DNA of 32,000 nt from an uncultured archaeon (GTDB lineage Archaea > Asgardarchaeota > Thorarchaeia > Thorarchaeales > Thorarchaeaceae). The DNA lies in contig CAZYLT010000007.1 of NCBI GenBank assembly GCA_964648855.1, positions 88,440-120,439 on the forward strand. Reading direction: 5' to 3'. The notes under the pieces were generated by a model. That model was not told the origin of the DNA. It did not search any database and worked only from the letters and a program-made list of their open reading frames with translations. Positions 1-8,687 of the stretch are shown here, piece by piece. Positions within the stretch are counted from its first letter, which is position 1. The number at the start of each line of letters is the position of its first letter. The translations under genes and the position numbers were made by a program.

Positions 1-158
1 ATGGATGCTTTTGAATCCAGATTGATATAGAAATAGTGACCTTCATGAACAACTTTTACCATGAAAGGAAATCTCTTAGCTTCCTCCAGTATTCCTTCAG
101 GTACCTTCAGAACCGTTTTCTTTTTGCAAACTGGACAATCTGCATATCTCTCTAGCAT
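1..158 (-). CDS. Small putative zinc-binding protein (CxxC...HxxH), partial; runs off the window's left edge
   Basis: Not in the ORF track. Manual translation from the ATG at 158 gives MLERYADCPVCKKKTVLKVPEGILEEAKRFPFMVKVVHEGHYFYINLDSKAS..., open to position 1. A purine-rich GGAAAGGAAG lies upstream, and it is co-oriented with 185..595. Confidence 0.7.
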   Translation of the reverse strand, partial: MLERYADCPVCKKKTVLKVPEGILEEAKRFPFMVKVVHEGHYFYINLDSKAS

Positions 159-184
159 GTTAAATCTCTTCCTTTCCAGCTATC

Positions 185-595
185 TCACAACTTCTCTATT
201 TTCGAATCTGGACCAACAATCAGTTGCGAGTTCCACATATCCGGATTCTGCATCGCGTCAGTGAAAATCTCAATCAACTCTTCAGAACTCTTCGCAGCTA
301 TGAAATCCCTATCTGTTCCGACAATGCGGATGTTTTCATATACTGCTGCCTCTATAAGAAATCGAAAGATTTTGGAATCGTTTGTTGCCTCCAAAATGAG
401 GAATTTCGAAAAGTCTCTGAATTCCTCGTTTGGACCCCTTAGAGAACCATCCAGAACCGTTATTCTCCCCTTTTCTTTCGTTTGTTTGAGCAGATACGCT
501 CTAAGGATTCTGTTGCCAACCTTTCTTCGAATATCAATGAATTCCTCAACTCCTCCATCCGGTAATCTGAGTTTCCATACTGGTTGTTTACTCAT
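185..595 (-). CDS. Hypothetical protein (136 aa)
   Basis: ORF with typical charged globular composition and an AT-rich promoter-like region upstream (600-730). The overlapping + strand ORFs are Ser-rich shadows. Confidence 0.75.
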   Translation of the reverse strand: MSKQPVWKLRLPDGGVEEFIDIRRKVGNRILRAYLLKQTKEKGRITVLDGSLRGPNEEFRDFSKFLILEATNDSKIFRFLIEAAVYENIRIVGTDRDFIAAKSSEELIEIFTDAMQNPDMWNSQLIVGPDSKIEKL

Positions 596-733
596 TGGGG
601 CACCAAATATTCAGTACGAATATTTCAAATATAGTATTTATTTCGCTGTATATACATTGGAGACTGCTCAGAATATCTTTATTTGCTATGAGGCATATCC
701 TACAATCAGCAATAATCAGCGGAGCCTAAATTC

Positions 734-1453
734 ATGCTTCAGACCGTCGATATGATAATCAGAGAAGTTCACGTGGGACTATGGTTCCTCGTTGTTGGAT
801 ATTACTTCTTTGTCTTCATCTTTCTCCTATTTTTCAGATGGAGAAAAAGCCGTAATCCATTCCAACTTGCAATGGCTATCTTCTTCTTGCTATTGGCTCT
901 TGGAAGAGCATTCTACTTTGTTGGGGATTTCTATGCAGATCCAACGTCGTTGTACGGAAGTTTACCCTCTCTTGGTCTTGAGCCATTTTTCGCAGATGCC
1001 TCTGGCTGGTTGGCTATAGGTGCGTTCTTTCAATGGATGGCATTGGCAATGCTATCTGCAACAGCTGGATTCATGATAATAGGCAAAAGATGGGCCGAGA
1101 TAGCTTTTGCTGCACCCGCTATAATTATTGGATTGTTGCTCGGACTTGCTCCTCTTGATTCAACCACAAGATGGATTCTTTCTGGTGGCGCTGGTGCAAT
1201 TTATGCCCTATTCATCCCGCTCTTGTTCTGGTATTTGGCTTACCAATCGGGTGGCATGCTCCGGAAATCAAACTTTCTGCTTGGACTGGGTTTCATGATT
1301 CTGTTTGCTGGAAGAGTCATCCACGCAGCCAGACATTGGCTGGCGGATGTGATTTTCGTTACCTATACAATTCCTGGAGTCTTAGCGCCCGGACTAATTG
1401 TAATTGGACTGATTCTTATTGCAACTGGTAATGAATGGGGTCAAGTGCAATAG
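734..1453 (+). CDS. Integral membrane protein with about 7 TM helices and no soluble output domain
   Basis: Seven hydrophobic segments in 239 aa. GGAG SD just upstream of the ATG. Confidence 0.85.
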   Translation: MLQTVDMIIREVHVGLWFLVVGYYFFVFIFLLFFRWRKSRNPFQLAMAIFFLLLALGRAFYFVGDFYADPTSLYGSLPSLGLEPFFADASGWLAIGAFFQWMALAMLSATAGFMIIGKRWAEIAFAAPAIIIGLLLGLAPLDSTTRWILSGGAGAIYALFIPLLFWYLAYQSGGMLRKSNFLLGLGFMILFAGRVIHAARHWLADVIFVTYTIPGVLAPGLIVIGLILIATGNEWGQVQ

Positions 1454-1510
1454 TATCTGAAAATCAGATTATCAAAATCGTGATGTAGGCTCTCCATCAA
1501 ATCATTTGGT

Positions 1511-2134
1511 CTATTCAGCGTATTCGCCAATTTCCTTCCATTCGAGCATATCCATATCCTCAAGTGTATGGAGAGATTTCTGTACCTCTTTCATAGGCAT
1601 ACCTAGCTGGTCAGCGATGTCTCTTGATGTCAGTTTGCCCTTGCACATCTCTGCAACATCGAATACTTCTTGGGTCATCTGTCCAAGTCTAACCAACATT
1701 GGAGAAACCTTGCCTTTCAGGACCGGAACAATAATCCTCATCTCTGAGGCTTTTCCTTTTTTGGTAATTTCATCGATGACCGTAATGAATTGCTCAAAGG
1801 GCTCTAGATTTCCGTCCCAATCATTGAGCAAATCCTTGTACTTCTTCACAAATGCATTATTGACGTCTGCCAATACCGCCATTGCAGCGTTCTGGTCGTC
1901 GGTCTTATCTACTGTTGCCGCCACTATTACGTTGCTTCTCAATGACATACAGATATCAAATGCGCCAAAATCTATGACATGAACTCTGTTTCCAGAGCTT
2001 AACTCTTGCCCAAAAGATATCAAAGCGGTCAGGAAACCACTGACCAGATTCGGGTCCATCTCGGCTTGCCCGTATTTTTTGTCAAGAACACAAAGTCCGC
2101 TGTCTGCAACTAGTACATAGATGGCTTGAATCAA
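1511..2134 (-). CDS. Longin-like domain protein with C-terminal winged helix-turn-helix
   Basis: The N-terminal pattern IQAIYVLVADSGLCVL...DPNLVSGFLTALISFGQEL...IVAATVD is longin-like (beta-beta-alpha-beta-beta-beta-alpha-alpha). The C-terminal LTSRDIADQLGMPMKEVQKSLHTLEDMDMLEW is a wHTH. Confidence 0.8.
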   Translation of the reverse strand: MIQAIYVLVADSGLCVLDKKYGQAEMDPNLVSGFLTALISFGQELSSGNRVHVIDFGAFDICMSLRSNVIVAATVDKTDDQNAAMAVLADVNNAFVKKYKDLLNDWDGNLEPFEQFITVIDEITKKGKASEMRIIVPVLKGKVSPMLVRLGQMTQEVFDVAEMCKGKLTSRDIADQLGMPMKEVQKSLHTLEDMDMLEWKEIGEYAE

Positions 2135-2266
2135 TATCGGGCTACTCCTTGTAAACTTGCTATCTTATCCTTCTTAGCTATATATCACTTCTCGTGGCTT
2201 ATTGGTATGGTTAAATACAAGTTCTTTATGTGTTCGAACGAGTTATACTCAACAAAGGTGGGTTGT

Positions 2267-2962
2267 TTGGATACTGCAAAGGATGCCAGGATTCTGGTTC
2301 TCGAAGACGCTTTACACCGATTGAATGAAATCGTTTCCAAGCGTAAGCTAAAACTGCATTTGGACTACTCGGCACTAGATGCCTTGCTTTCGAAGGCTGG
2401 AAGCCTTCTCTATGAAGTGAAGTATTCTTACATTGATTCTCACGCTCTTGCTCAGGCTATGCCCACAGTTAAAATCGTGGAATTGACGGACCGATTTCAG
2501 ACTCTTGTAGGGACTGCGATCGCTTCAGGTTACGTCCCCAAAACAAAGAACCAGGAACTGGCTTTGGCTGAATACAAATATGCTCTGCGGATAATAAACG
2601 GGTTTCCAGACCGATTAGAACGGTACGATGAAGAACCAGCTCGCGCTGTGGACATACTAGCTGTGAAGATTACTAAGAAACAATCAGTTGAAGAGTCTGA
2701 AAACCTCCAAGCATGCAGGTGTACTGATGGGTCGAGGATTTGGATGATTGTTACAAATTTGAAAAACGTCGCTCCAGAAATGAAGCTATGTTGTGCAGTC
2801 TTACCTCCTGTGGAAATAATGGGCATCATGAGTGAAGCGATGTTTTTGGGCATGAATGAATTAGGTGAAGCTGTACCTCTCGGAATGATTGAAGATGCTC
2901 CCTCACCTGTGCTTGACCAAGCCAGATCTCAAGTTAAAGAAATCATCAAGAGGATGATGTAA
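2267..2962 (+). CDS. Archaeal tRNA-binding protein with C-terminal EMAP/OB-fold domain (COG2517-like)
   Basis: N-terminus DTAKDARILV, YEVKYSY and OB-fold motifs IVTNL...LPP..IMGIMSEAMFLG. Start reassigned to TTG 2267, which follows an AGGTGG SD; the track's longer start overlaps the divergent gene. Confidence 0.85.
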   Translation: MDTAKDARILVLEDALHRLNEIVSKRKLKLHLDYSALDALLSKAGSLLYEVKYSYIDSHALAQAMPTVKIVELTDRFQTLVGTAIASGYVPKTKNQELALAEYKYALRIINGFPDRLERYDEEPARAVDILAVKITKKQSVEESENLQACRCTDGSRIWMIVTNLKNVAPEMKLCCAVLPPVEIMGIMSEAMFLGMNELGEAVPLGMIEDAPSPVLDQARSQVKEIIKRMM

Positions 2963-3301
2963 TTGGATCTAAACACGATTCAAACCATGAAAGCAGAATT
3001 TGAAGAATCCAGGGGCTGGAATAAGTTCCCAGCGTCACTTGTATTCACTCATCTAGTTGAAGAACTGGGTGAAATTTCTCGTCATATCACGTTTGAGGAA
3101 GGATACAAAGTGGCAGGTCTTGGACATGAAGAGCCCAACAGAAGCCATCTAAAACGCGAGTTTGCTCAGGTTTTCTCACTCTTCATACAGCTTGCCAATC
3201 ATTATGACATTGACTTGGAACAATGTGTGCTGGAAGAATTAGAAATCATGAGAAAGAGATTTCCCGAGGATGATTGGAAGGAATATATGAATAGCCGTTA
3301 G
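2963..3301 (+). CDS. MazG-like nucleoside triphosphate pyrophosphohydrolase
   Basis: HLVEELGEISR...LKREFAQVFSLFIQLANHYDIDLE matches the MazG EExxE...E helical motif. It abuts the upstream gene. Confidence 0.85.
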   Translation: MDLNTIQTMKAEFEESRGWNKFPASLVFTHLVEELGEISRHITFEEGYKVAGLGHEEPNRSHLKREFAQVFSLFIQLANHYDIDLEQCVLEELEIMRKRFPEDDWKEYMNSR

Positions 3302-3302
3302 C

Positions 3303-3743
3303 CTATTCCATTTTACGGCGCGCTTCAAGTGCCTTCTTTGCCATGTCTTCAAGGTCCTTCGTGGCAGCCAATAGCCCTAGGGCCTTATTATGCACGACTT
3401 TGATATTCTTCTCCTTTGCCCATTGAGCTAGACCTGTGACAAGGGGACCAAGTGCCGTTCTTGCCGCCTCTACAGTGCCCACAGCCTTCCCCATTAGCTC
3501 AATGCTATGTGTCTTTTCTTTTCCTGCCTCAGCTACTCTTAGCCACACTAGGCCGTGAATCATATATAAGGCATCAAGCATGAGTGTGGGTGATTTTGGG
3601 TTGTCTTGGACCTTCTGCAGCAATAGCTCTTGCCTGGTTTCGAAGACATCCTTGAAGAGATTGAATGCTTTCTTATCATTTCCTTTGTCTAGTTCAATGA
3701 TGCCTCTTTGAAGTTTCTCGTCAGATTCGGACAATACCACCAA
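3303..3743 (-). CDS. Hypothetical all-alpha (TPR-like) protein
   Basis: Amphipathic helices, with a TPR-like LQRGIIELDKGNDKKAFNLFK. AGGAGA SD upstream. Confidence 0.7.
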   Translation of the reverse strand: MVVLSESDEKLQRGIIELDKGNDKKAFNLFKDVFETRQELLLQKVQDNPKSPTLMLDALYMIHGLVWLRVAEAGKEKTHSIELMGKAVGTVEAARTALGPLVTGLAQWAKEKNIKVVHNKALGLLAATKDLEDMAKKALEARRKME

Positions 3744-3912
3744 TCTCCTGAAGTATACTCTCTAATTAGGTCCACTAAATGGGGCCCTGCTATTATCATT
3801 TTCTACTGCTTTAGTAACCTTGTGTTATTTATATTAAAAATGAATTCTCGCAATGTTTATTATGTGCTTAATGAGGGAAATCTAAACTAGTCGAAATATA
3901 CATTGGGGACTG

Positions 3913-5511
3913 TTGAACATGACTCGCTCCACATTCACATTCAAAGAACTAAAACGAACAAATCACCGCGAAATAAAAGAACTTCAGGACAAGAAGTTCC
4001 GAGCGTTTATTCGATACCAGGTATGGCCAAATCATCCGTACTACAGGCGTCTGTTCAAAGAACAGGACATTGACCCGTACAATATAACTTGTGTAGAGGA
4101 TTGGGCAAAATACAATATTCCGCTTGTGAAGAAGAGAGAATACAAGGACAATCTGAGGCAGTTTGTTCTGAATCCTTCTCAAGTGGACGGGAAGGAGCGA
4201 GAGCCCGTTCAGATCGTGAAAAACTTGATGAAATACTCCAAAAATTCCGGATATGATGACCTCTACAAGACCCTAAGAAACAACGGCATTAAGACAAAGC
4301 TCAAGATTGGTGCGGAGTCAGCCATGAATCGTATCAAGGAGAAGCTCACATATCACTATGCCCCATTACAATTTTGGCTGAGTTCTGGACGTGCATCAGG
4401 CCTACCCGCTCCCGTATTTCTTACTCGGCATGACAATGATCTGCTTTACAAGAACTGTGTGAAGGTGGGGCAGATGGCTGTTGAACCCTGGACCGATAGC
4501 GGCTGGGAACTTATAAGCATGAATCTATTCCCATATGCTCCGCATTTAGGGTGGCACGCAGTAAACCTTGGACTGAAGCAGATGTCCAAGTTTTATGTAG
4601 CAACCAGTGCAGGTGGTGCAATTCCTAGTGAGAAGCTCGTTGAAATGGCTGGAGCATTCAAAGTGAATGGGTTCGCTGGCATGCCGAGCTACCTCCGAAA
4701 TCGTTTCTTCAGAGAGATGGCTGATAAGGATTATGAGTCTCCTGAAAAAGTGGTACTGCTGCTTGCAGGTGAAAAAATCTACGGACCAGTTGTAGATGAT
4801 ATGATTGGTACACTGCAAGAAAAGGGGGCAAAGGAGGTTCGTGTTGTGGGTGGATACGCTTCATCTGAGAGTAAGATATCATTTGCCGTACAATGTGAAC
4901 GGCATGGCCCCTATCACAATGTATCTCCCTTGATGTTGGCATTCGAACTTGTGGCGCTAAATGATGATGGTACCTATGATTTCGTTGGCGAAGATGAGTC
5001 AGGACATATGTGTTTGTTCCATCTGGACGGAACTGGTACCATATTCGAGGGATTCTTACTTGGCGATGTTGCTTCTCATCAAGAACGTGGAAAATGTCCG
5101 TTATGCGAATTTGATGGACCCTTCTTCTGGGATATTGGAAGAACAAATGATGCAGAAGCCCAGATTGAAGTCATGGGTCTAAGTGAGAAGAAGATCAAAG
5201 GTGCAACTGTGAATCTGACTGCTCTCCGTTCAGACCTGCTTTCATTGTCTGGTGTGGAGGAAGTGCAGATTGAAGTCGCTAAGGAAGATATGAGCGACCC
5301 ATACAGCATGGACACACTGAATCTCTACGTGGCACCCCATGGATCGACCGGTGCTGACCACTCTTCACTGATTCGAGAAATTCAGAAGGTCACAAAAACA
5401 AGTACGGAAGTAACTCCCAATGTCAAAATATTGGGCTTTGACGAATTGGTTCAAAAGGCGGGTGGAATGAAATTCATGGAGATTGAAGATATCCGTCCTA
5501 AGCCTGCATAG
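3913..5511 (+). CDS. Phenylacetate-CoA ligase-like (PaaK family) adenylate-forming enzyme
   Basis: HPYYRRLF..IDP..I...D...IPLVKK; P-loop variant SSGRASGLP; AGE; GYASSE; GD; CPLC; IGR; KIKGATV. Confidence 0.8.
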   Translation: MNMTRSTFTFKELKRTNHREIKELQDKKFRAFIRYQVWPNHPYYRRLFKEQDIDPYNITCVEDWAKYNIPLVKKREYKDNLRQFVLNPSQVDGKEREPVQIVKNLMKYSKNSGYDDLYKTLRNNGIKTKLKIGAESAMNRIKEKLTYHYAPLQFWLSSGRASGLPAPVFLTRHDNDLLYKNCVKVGQMAVEPWTDSGWELISMNLFPYAPHLGWHAVNLGLKQMSKFYVATSAGGAIPSEKLVEMAGAFKVNGFAGMPSYLRNRFFREMADKDYESPEKVVLLLAGEKIYGPVVDDMIGTLQEKGAKEVRVVGGYASSESKISFAVQCERHGPYHNVSPLMLAFELVALNDDGTYDFVGEDESGHMCLFHLDGTGTIFEGFLLGDVASHQERGKCPLCEFDGPFFWDIGRTNDAEAQIEVMGLSEKKIKGATVNLTALRSDLLSLSGVEEVQIEVAKEDMSDPYSMDTLNLYVAPHGSTGADHSSLIREIQKVTKTSTEVTPNVKILGFDELVQKAGGMKFMEIEDIRPKPA

Positions 5512-5592
5512 AAAAATATCTTGCTCTCAGTGGAAGGACTCTGCGCAGGAATTATAAGAGGATTAGATTGTTCTTGATGTGGAGGAACCTAA

Positions 5593-6525
5593 ATGGAGAT
5601 AGATTCAGGTCCTGGGCCTGAACCGGCTCAGCCGCCCGAACGAGACTATTCGGTTAGCGCCACTGGCTTGGTATCCAGGACTTTCAAATTGTGGTTCAGA
5701 AATCTACTTGCCTACGTTGTAATTGTGGGTATAGTATCATTCCTATGGGCAATAGCACAGTCTTTTGTGTCTGTGTTCATCTTGGGGACTGATTTGACAG
5801 ATTACTTTGGCTCCGATCCGACATCATTCCTGATTGGAATCATAAGCATTCTGACGGATCCATATATTTCACCAGGAACTATAGCCTTCTTTGTCCCTGT
5901 GTCTATTGTGATATTCATAGTCAGTTTACTCATCTATGCTATCATAGCTGGCGCGGCAGTGAAATATGCCCTAGATGACTACGGAACAAAAAGCGCAGAC
6001 ATAAGTGAGAGCTTCTCGTTTGCCACAGGTCGTGCAGTAACGCTTATTCTGGCACAGCTAATAGTCGGTTTAATCAGCGGTGCCATCGTCGCGGGTCCAG
6101 CTGTTCTTCTGATCCTATCATTGTACTTGGGTACTGTGGAACTGCTCTTAGCTGGTATGGTGGCAATTGTCGTGGCCATTATCGTTGTCCTATATGTGAC
6201 TGTACGGCTTTCACCCACACTGGCCGTTGTCATTGCTGAAGATTACTCTGCTATGGACTCAGTGAAGCGGGCCTGGAAAATCACAGGTGGTCATTTCTGG
6301 CATATCTTCGGGGGTCAAATCCTCTTAGGTATAGCTGTATTTGTTGTCAGCTTCGTAATTAGTCTATTAGCATTCAGTTTCGCATTTGCTGGCGGGTATT
6401 TGGTCACTCTGATAATCGCTGCTATTGGAGCATTGCTATTGTCGCCTTTGTCATATATCTTCCAGGCAGTGCTATACAAGGACCTCAAATCCAGAGCGAG
6501 TGTATCAGACCAGGATTGGTGGTAG
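5593..6525 (+). CDS. Multi-pass membrane protein (GPDPase membrane-domain/DUF975-like)
   Basis: Hydrophobic helices with the motif LSPTLAVVIAEDYSAMDSVKRAWKITGGHFW...LYKDLK. GGAGG SD. Confidence 0.75.
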   Translation: MEIDSGPGPEPAQPPERDYSVSATGLVSRTFKLWFRNLLAYVVIVGIVSFLWAIAQSFVSVFILGTDLTDYFGSDPTSFLIGIISILTDPYISPGTIAFFVPVSIVIFIVSLLIYAIIAGAAVKYALDDYGTKSADISESFSFATGRAVTLILAQLIVGLISGAIVAGPAVLLILSLYLGTVELLLAGMVAIVVAIIVVLYVTVRLSPTLAVVIAEDYSAMDSVKRAWKITGGHFWHIFGGQILLGIAVFVVSFVISLLAFSFAFAGGYLVTLIIAAIGALLLSPLSYIFQAVLYKDLKSRASVSDQDWW

Positions 6526-6534
6526 AAAGAATTC

Positions 6535-6565
6535 GGGGGGCCTTGCCCCCCAGACATCTTTTTTT
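6535..6565 (+). terminator. GC stem-loop plus T-tract between convergent genes
   Basis: GGGGGGC-CTT-GCCCCCC (6535-6551) followed by TTTTTTT, 10 nt after the stop of 5593..6525. Confidence 0.65.
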
Positions 6566-6568
6566 AAA

Positions 6569-7012
6569 TTATCTCCCGAATCGGGATTTGACATCCTCTG
6601 TATTCAAGTAGATGACGATAATAAGAGATAGAATCAGACTAAACCAATTTCCACCAGCTAATGCGATAAGACCGCCAATAATGTTGAGAATCATTGCCCA
6701 TAGCCAAGCCCAATTTTCCATATTCCACAGCCCTTTACCGATATAGAATGATATCAGACCAATGACTAGGAATGGAATCCCAACAATAATTCCAAAATAT
6801 GGAATTATGAAAGAGGCAATCCCGGCAACAATCAGTACAATCGCTTGCAATAATTGAAGGATTGCAATGAGTGCCACACCTAATGGACGGTCGCTATCTC
6901 GAGGGGCATCATATGGTTCGTCTGGCAACGGAACTTCAGTCAACTTTCTTTTCTCCGAGTTTTTGTTACTTAAATGGAGGTATGAGGTTCCTAATAATCT
7001 CTCATGTGACAT
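6569..7012 (-). CDS. Small 4-TM membrane protein; the true start is probably downstream of the ORF-track start (about 6930)
   Basis: RPLGVALIAIL...GKGLWNMENWAW...IVIYLNTEDVKSRFG is a common small prokaryotic membrane protein pattern. Confidence 0.75.
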   Translation of the reverse strand: MSHERLLGTSYLHLSNKNSEKRKLTEVPLPDEPYDAPRDSDRPLGVALIAILQLLQAIVLIVAGIASFIIPYFGIIVGIPFLVIGLISFYIGKGLWNMENWAWLWAMILNIIGGLIALAGGNWFSLILSLIIVIYLNTEDVKSRFGR

Positions 7013-7067
7013 ACACTGGAATACTGCACTTCTTTGGCTAATTCCTGAGGATGGAGCGTTTTGGAAT

Positions 7068-8399
7068 TCACTTCAATTTGTGTTTCTCCACAAACTCCTT
7101 CAGTATATCTTCAAGATTTGGTCTGCCAATTTCTTGTAACTCGTATTGAATCCGAACATGAGGCTTTTTGATATCAATTAGACTTGCCAGATCAATAGGA
7201 GTTCCTATAACAACTGCATCAACATCAGCCTTGTTAATCGTTGTTTCAAGCTCATCCATTTGCTCTTTGCCATAACCCATTGCTGGAAGGACATCCTCAA
7301 GATGCTGGTATTTTTCGAAGGTGTCCTTAATACTCCCCACAGCAAAAGGTCGCGGATCAACAATCTTCGCACCTACCTTTCTTGCTGCAATGTATCCTGC
7401 GCCGTATGGCATCTCACCATGGGTGACGGTGGGACCATCTTCTACAACCAAGACCCTCTTTCCTCTAATCTTGCTGGCGTCTTCGATGATTAGTGGTGAT
7501 GCAGCATCAATGATAATTGCATCTGGATTGGCGTCCATGATGTTGTTGCGAACGAGTTCCACATTCTCGTAATCTGCAGTTTCTACTTTGTTTATGATGA
7601 CTACGTCAGCCAGTTTCAGGTTGGTTTCTCCCGGATAGTAAGATATCTCATGACCAGGCCTATGGGGATCAGCCAAAACAATCAGAAGGTCTGGCTTGTA
7701 GAATGGAAAATCATTATTACCTCCATCCCATGTGATTATCTCAGCCTCCTTTTCTGCCTCTGCTAGAATTTTTCCATAATCGACTCCGGCATAAAGAATG
7801 ACTCCCATGTTGATCATTGGCTCATACTCTTCTCTCTCTTCTATGGTACAATTGTACTTATCCAAATGAGAGAGTTCCTCGTATCGCTGAGATATTTGAG
7901 TTGTCAAATCTGGGTCATATGGCATGGGATGTCTAATATTGACAGGCTTAAGTCCCATATCCACAAGTATCTGATTTACTCTTCGTGACGTCTGACTCTT
8001 TCCACACCCAGTTCTAACAGCACATACCGCAATCAATGGCTTCTTGCTGTCGATCATGGTTGTATTTGTTCCCATGAGGCGAATATCGGCTCCAAGAGAG
8101 TTGACATCGGCTATCTTATGACCGACCGTTTCGTATGATAGATCTGAATATGCCAAGATACATTGTTCCACCCCATGCTTCTCAATCAGTTCAGGGAGGT
8201 CTTCTTCTGGATAGATTTTGATCCCATTGGGATAAAGCTTGCCAGACAATTCAGGCGGATACTTTCTATCGCCTATTCCTGGAATTTGCTCTGCTGTGAA
8301 TGCCACTACCTCGTAATCTTCATTATCACGGAAGAAAACATTGAAGTTATGAAAATCGCGACCAGCAGCACCCATTATGATGACTTTTGTTTTACTCAT
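7068..8399 (-). CDS. COG2403 P-loop protein (cyclic 2,3-diphosphoglycerate synthetase-like family); probable arginine synthetase ArcE type
   Basis: IIMGAAGRDFHNFN, AVRTGCGKSQTSR (P-loop), RHPMPY, EEREEYEP, WDGGNND, VEDGPT, LPAMGY. Start reassigned to ATG 8399 (GGTGGA SD). Confidence 0.85.
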   Translation of the reverse strand: MSKTKVIIMGAAGRDFHNFNVFFRDNEDYEVVAFTAEQIPGIGDRKYPPELSGKLYPNGIKIYPEEDLPELIEKHGVEQCILAYSDLSYETVGHKIADVNSLGADIRLMGTNTTMIDSKKPLIAVCAVRTGCGKSQTSRRVNQILVDMGLKPVNIRHPMPYDPDLTTQISQRYEELSHLDKYNCTIEEREEYEPMINMGVILYAGVDYGKILAEAEKEAEIITWDGGNNDFPFYKPDLLIVLADPHRPGHEISYYPGETNLKLADVVIINKVETADYENVELVRNNIMDANPDAIIIDAASPLIIEDASKIRGKRVLVVEDGPTVTHGEMPYGAGYIAARKVGAKIVDPRPFAVGSIKDTFEKYQHLEDVLPAMGYGKEQMDELETTINKADVDAVVIGTPIDLASLIDIKKPHVRIQYELQEIGRPNLEDILKEFVEKHKLK

Positions 8400-8534
8400 G
8401 GTAATTTCCACCATCAAGCGGTGTACAACTCTGAGAGCTGTGGTGAAACTCACAAGCCATGTTAAGAAATTGTCGGTGTGCCTTTTGGTGGAATGTTGAA
8501 AACAGAAGGCTTCCCAATATCCTTTGAGGACGCA

Positions 8535-8590
8535 TTCGATAAATCGAACACTGGATTTTTCGAAAATGTTTCTTACTTCGAAAAATCGAC
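8535..8590. promoter_or_regulatory. Cluster of palindromic TCGA elements (candidate operator) in a divergent promoter
   Basis: TTCGATAAATCGAA (8535-8548), TTTTCGAAAA (8557-8566) and TTCGAAAAATCGAC (8577-8590). There is also an 11-bp perfect inverted repeat, GATTTTTCGAA (8554-8564) / TTCGAAAAATC (8577-8587). Confidence 0.55.
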
Positions 8591-8687
8591 ACATACAACA
8601 CAAACACCTAAATACAGGCTCAATAGAGATATCTAGATGACTTCTTGTGTGTTGGAAGTCTGATTCGGAACTGCGTGGGGTGCACTC

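Noticed and set aside
734-1453. Rhodopsin call for the 7TM protein
   Set aside because: No Lys in the last helix for a retinal Schiff base and no rhodopsin helix-C motif.
2126-2266. N-terminal extension of the tRNA-binding ORF
   Set aside because: It overlaps the start of the divergent gene and AT-rich promoter DNA. The conserved N-terminus starts at TTG 2267.
8535-8590. Possible mini-CRISPR array or transposon end
   Set aside because: The repeat units are only 10-14 bp, there is no regular repeat-spacer periodicity, and there is no cas or transposase gene in the window.
8400-8603. 68-aa N-terminal extension of the COG2403 ORF
   Set aside because: The family begins at MSKTKVIIMG, which has its own SD. 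The extension spans the divergent promoter and palindrome array.
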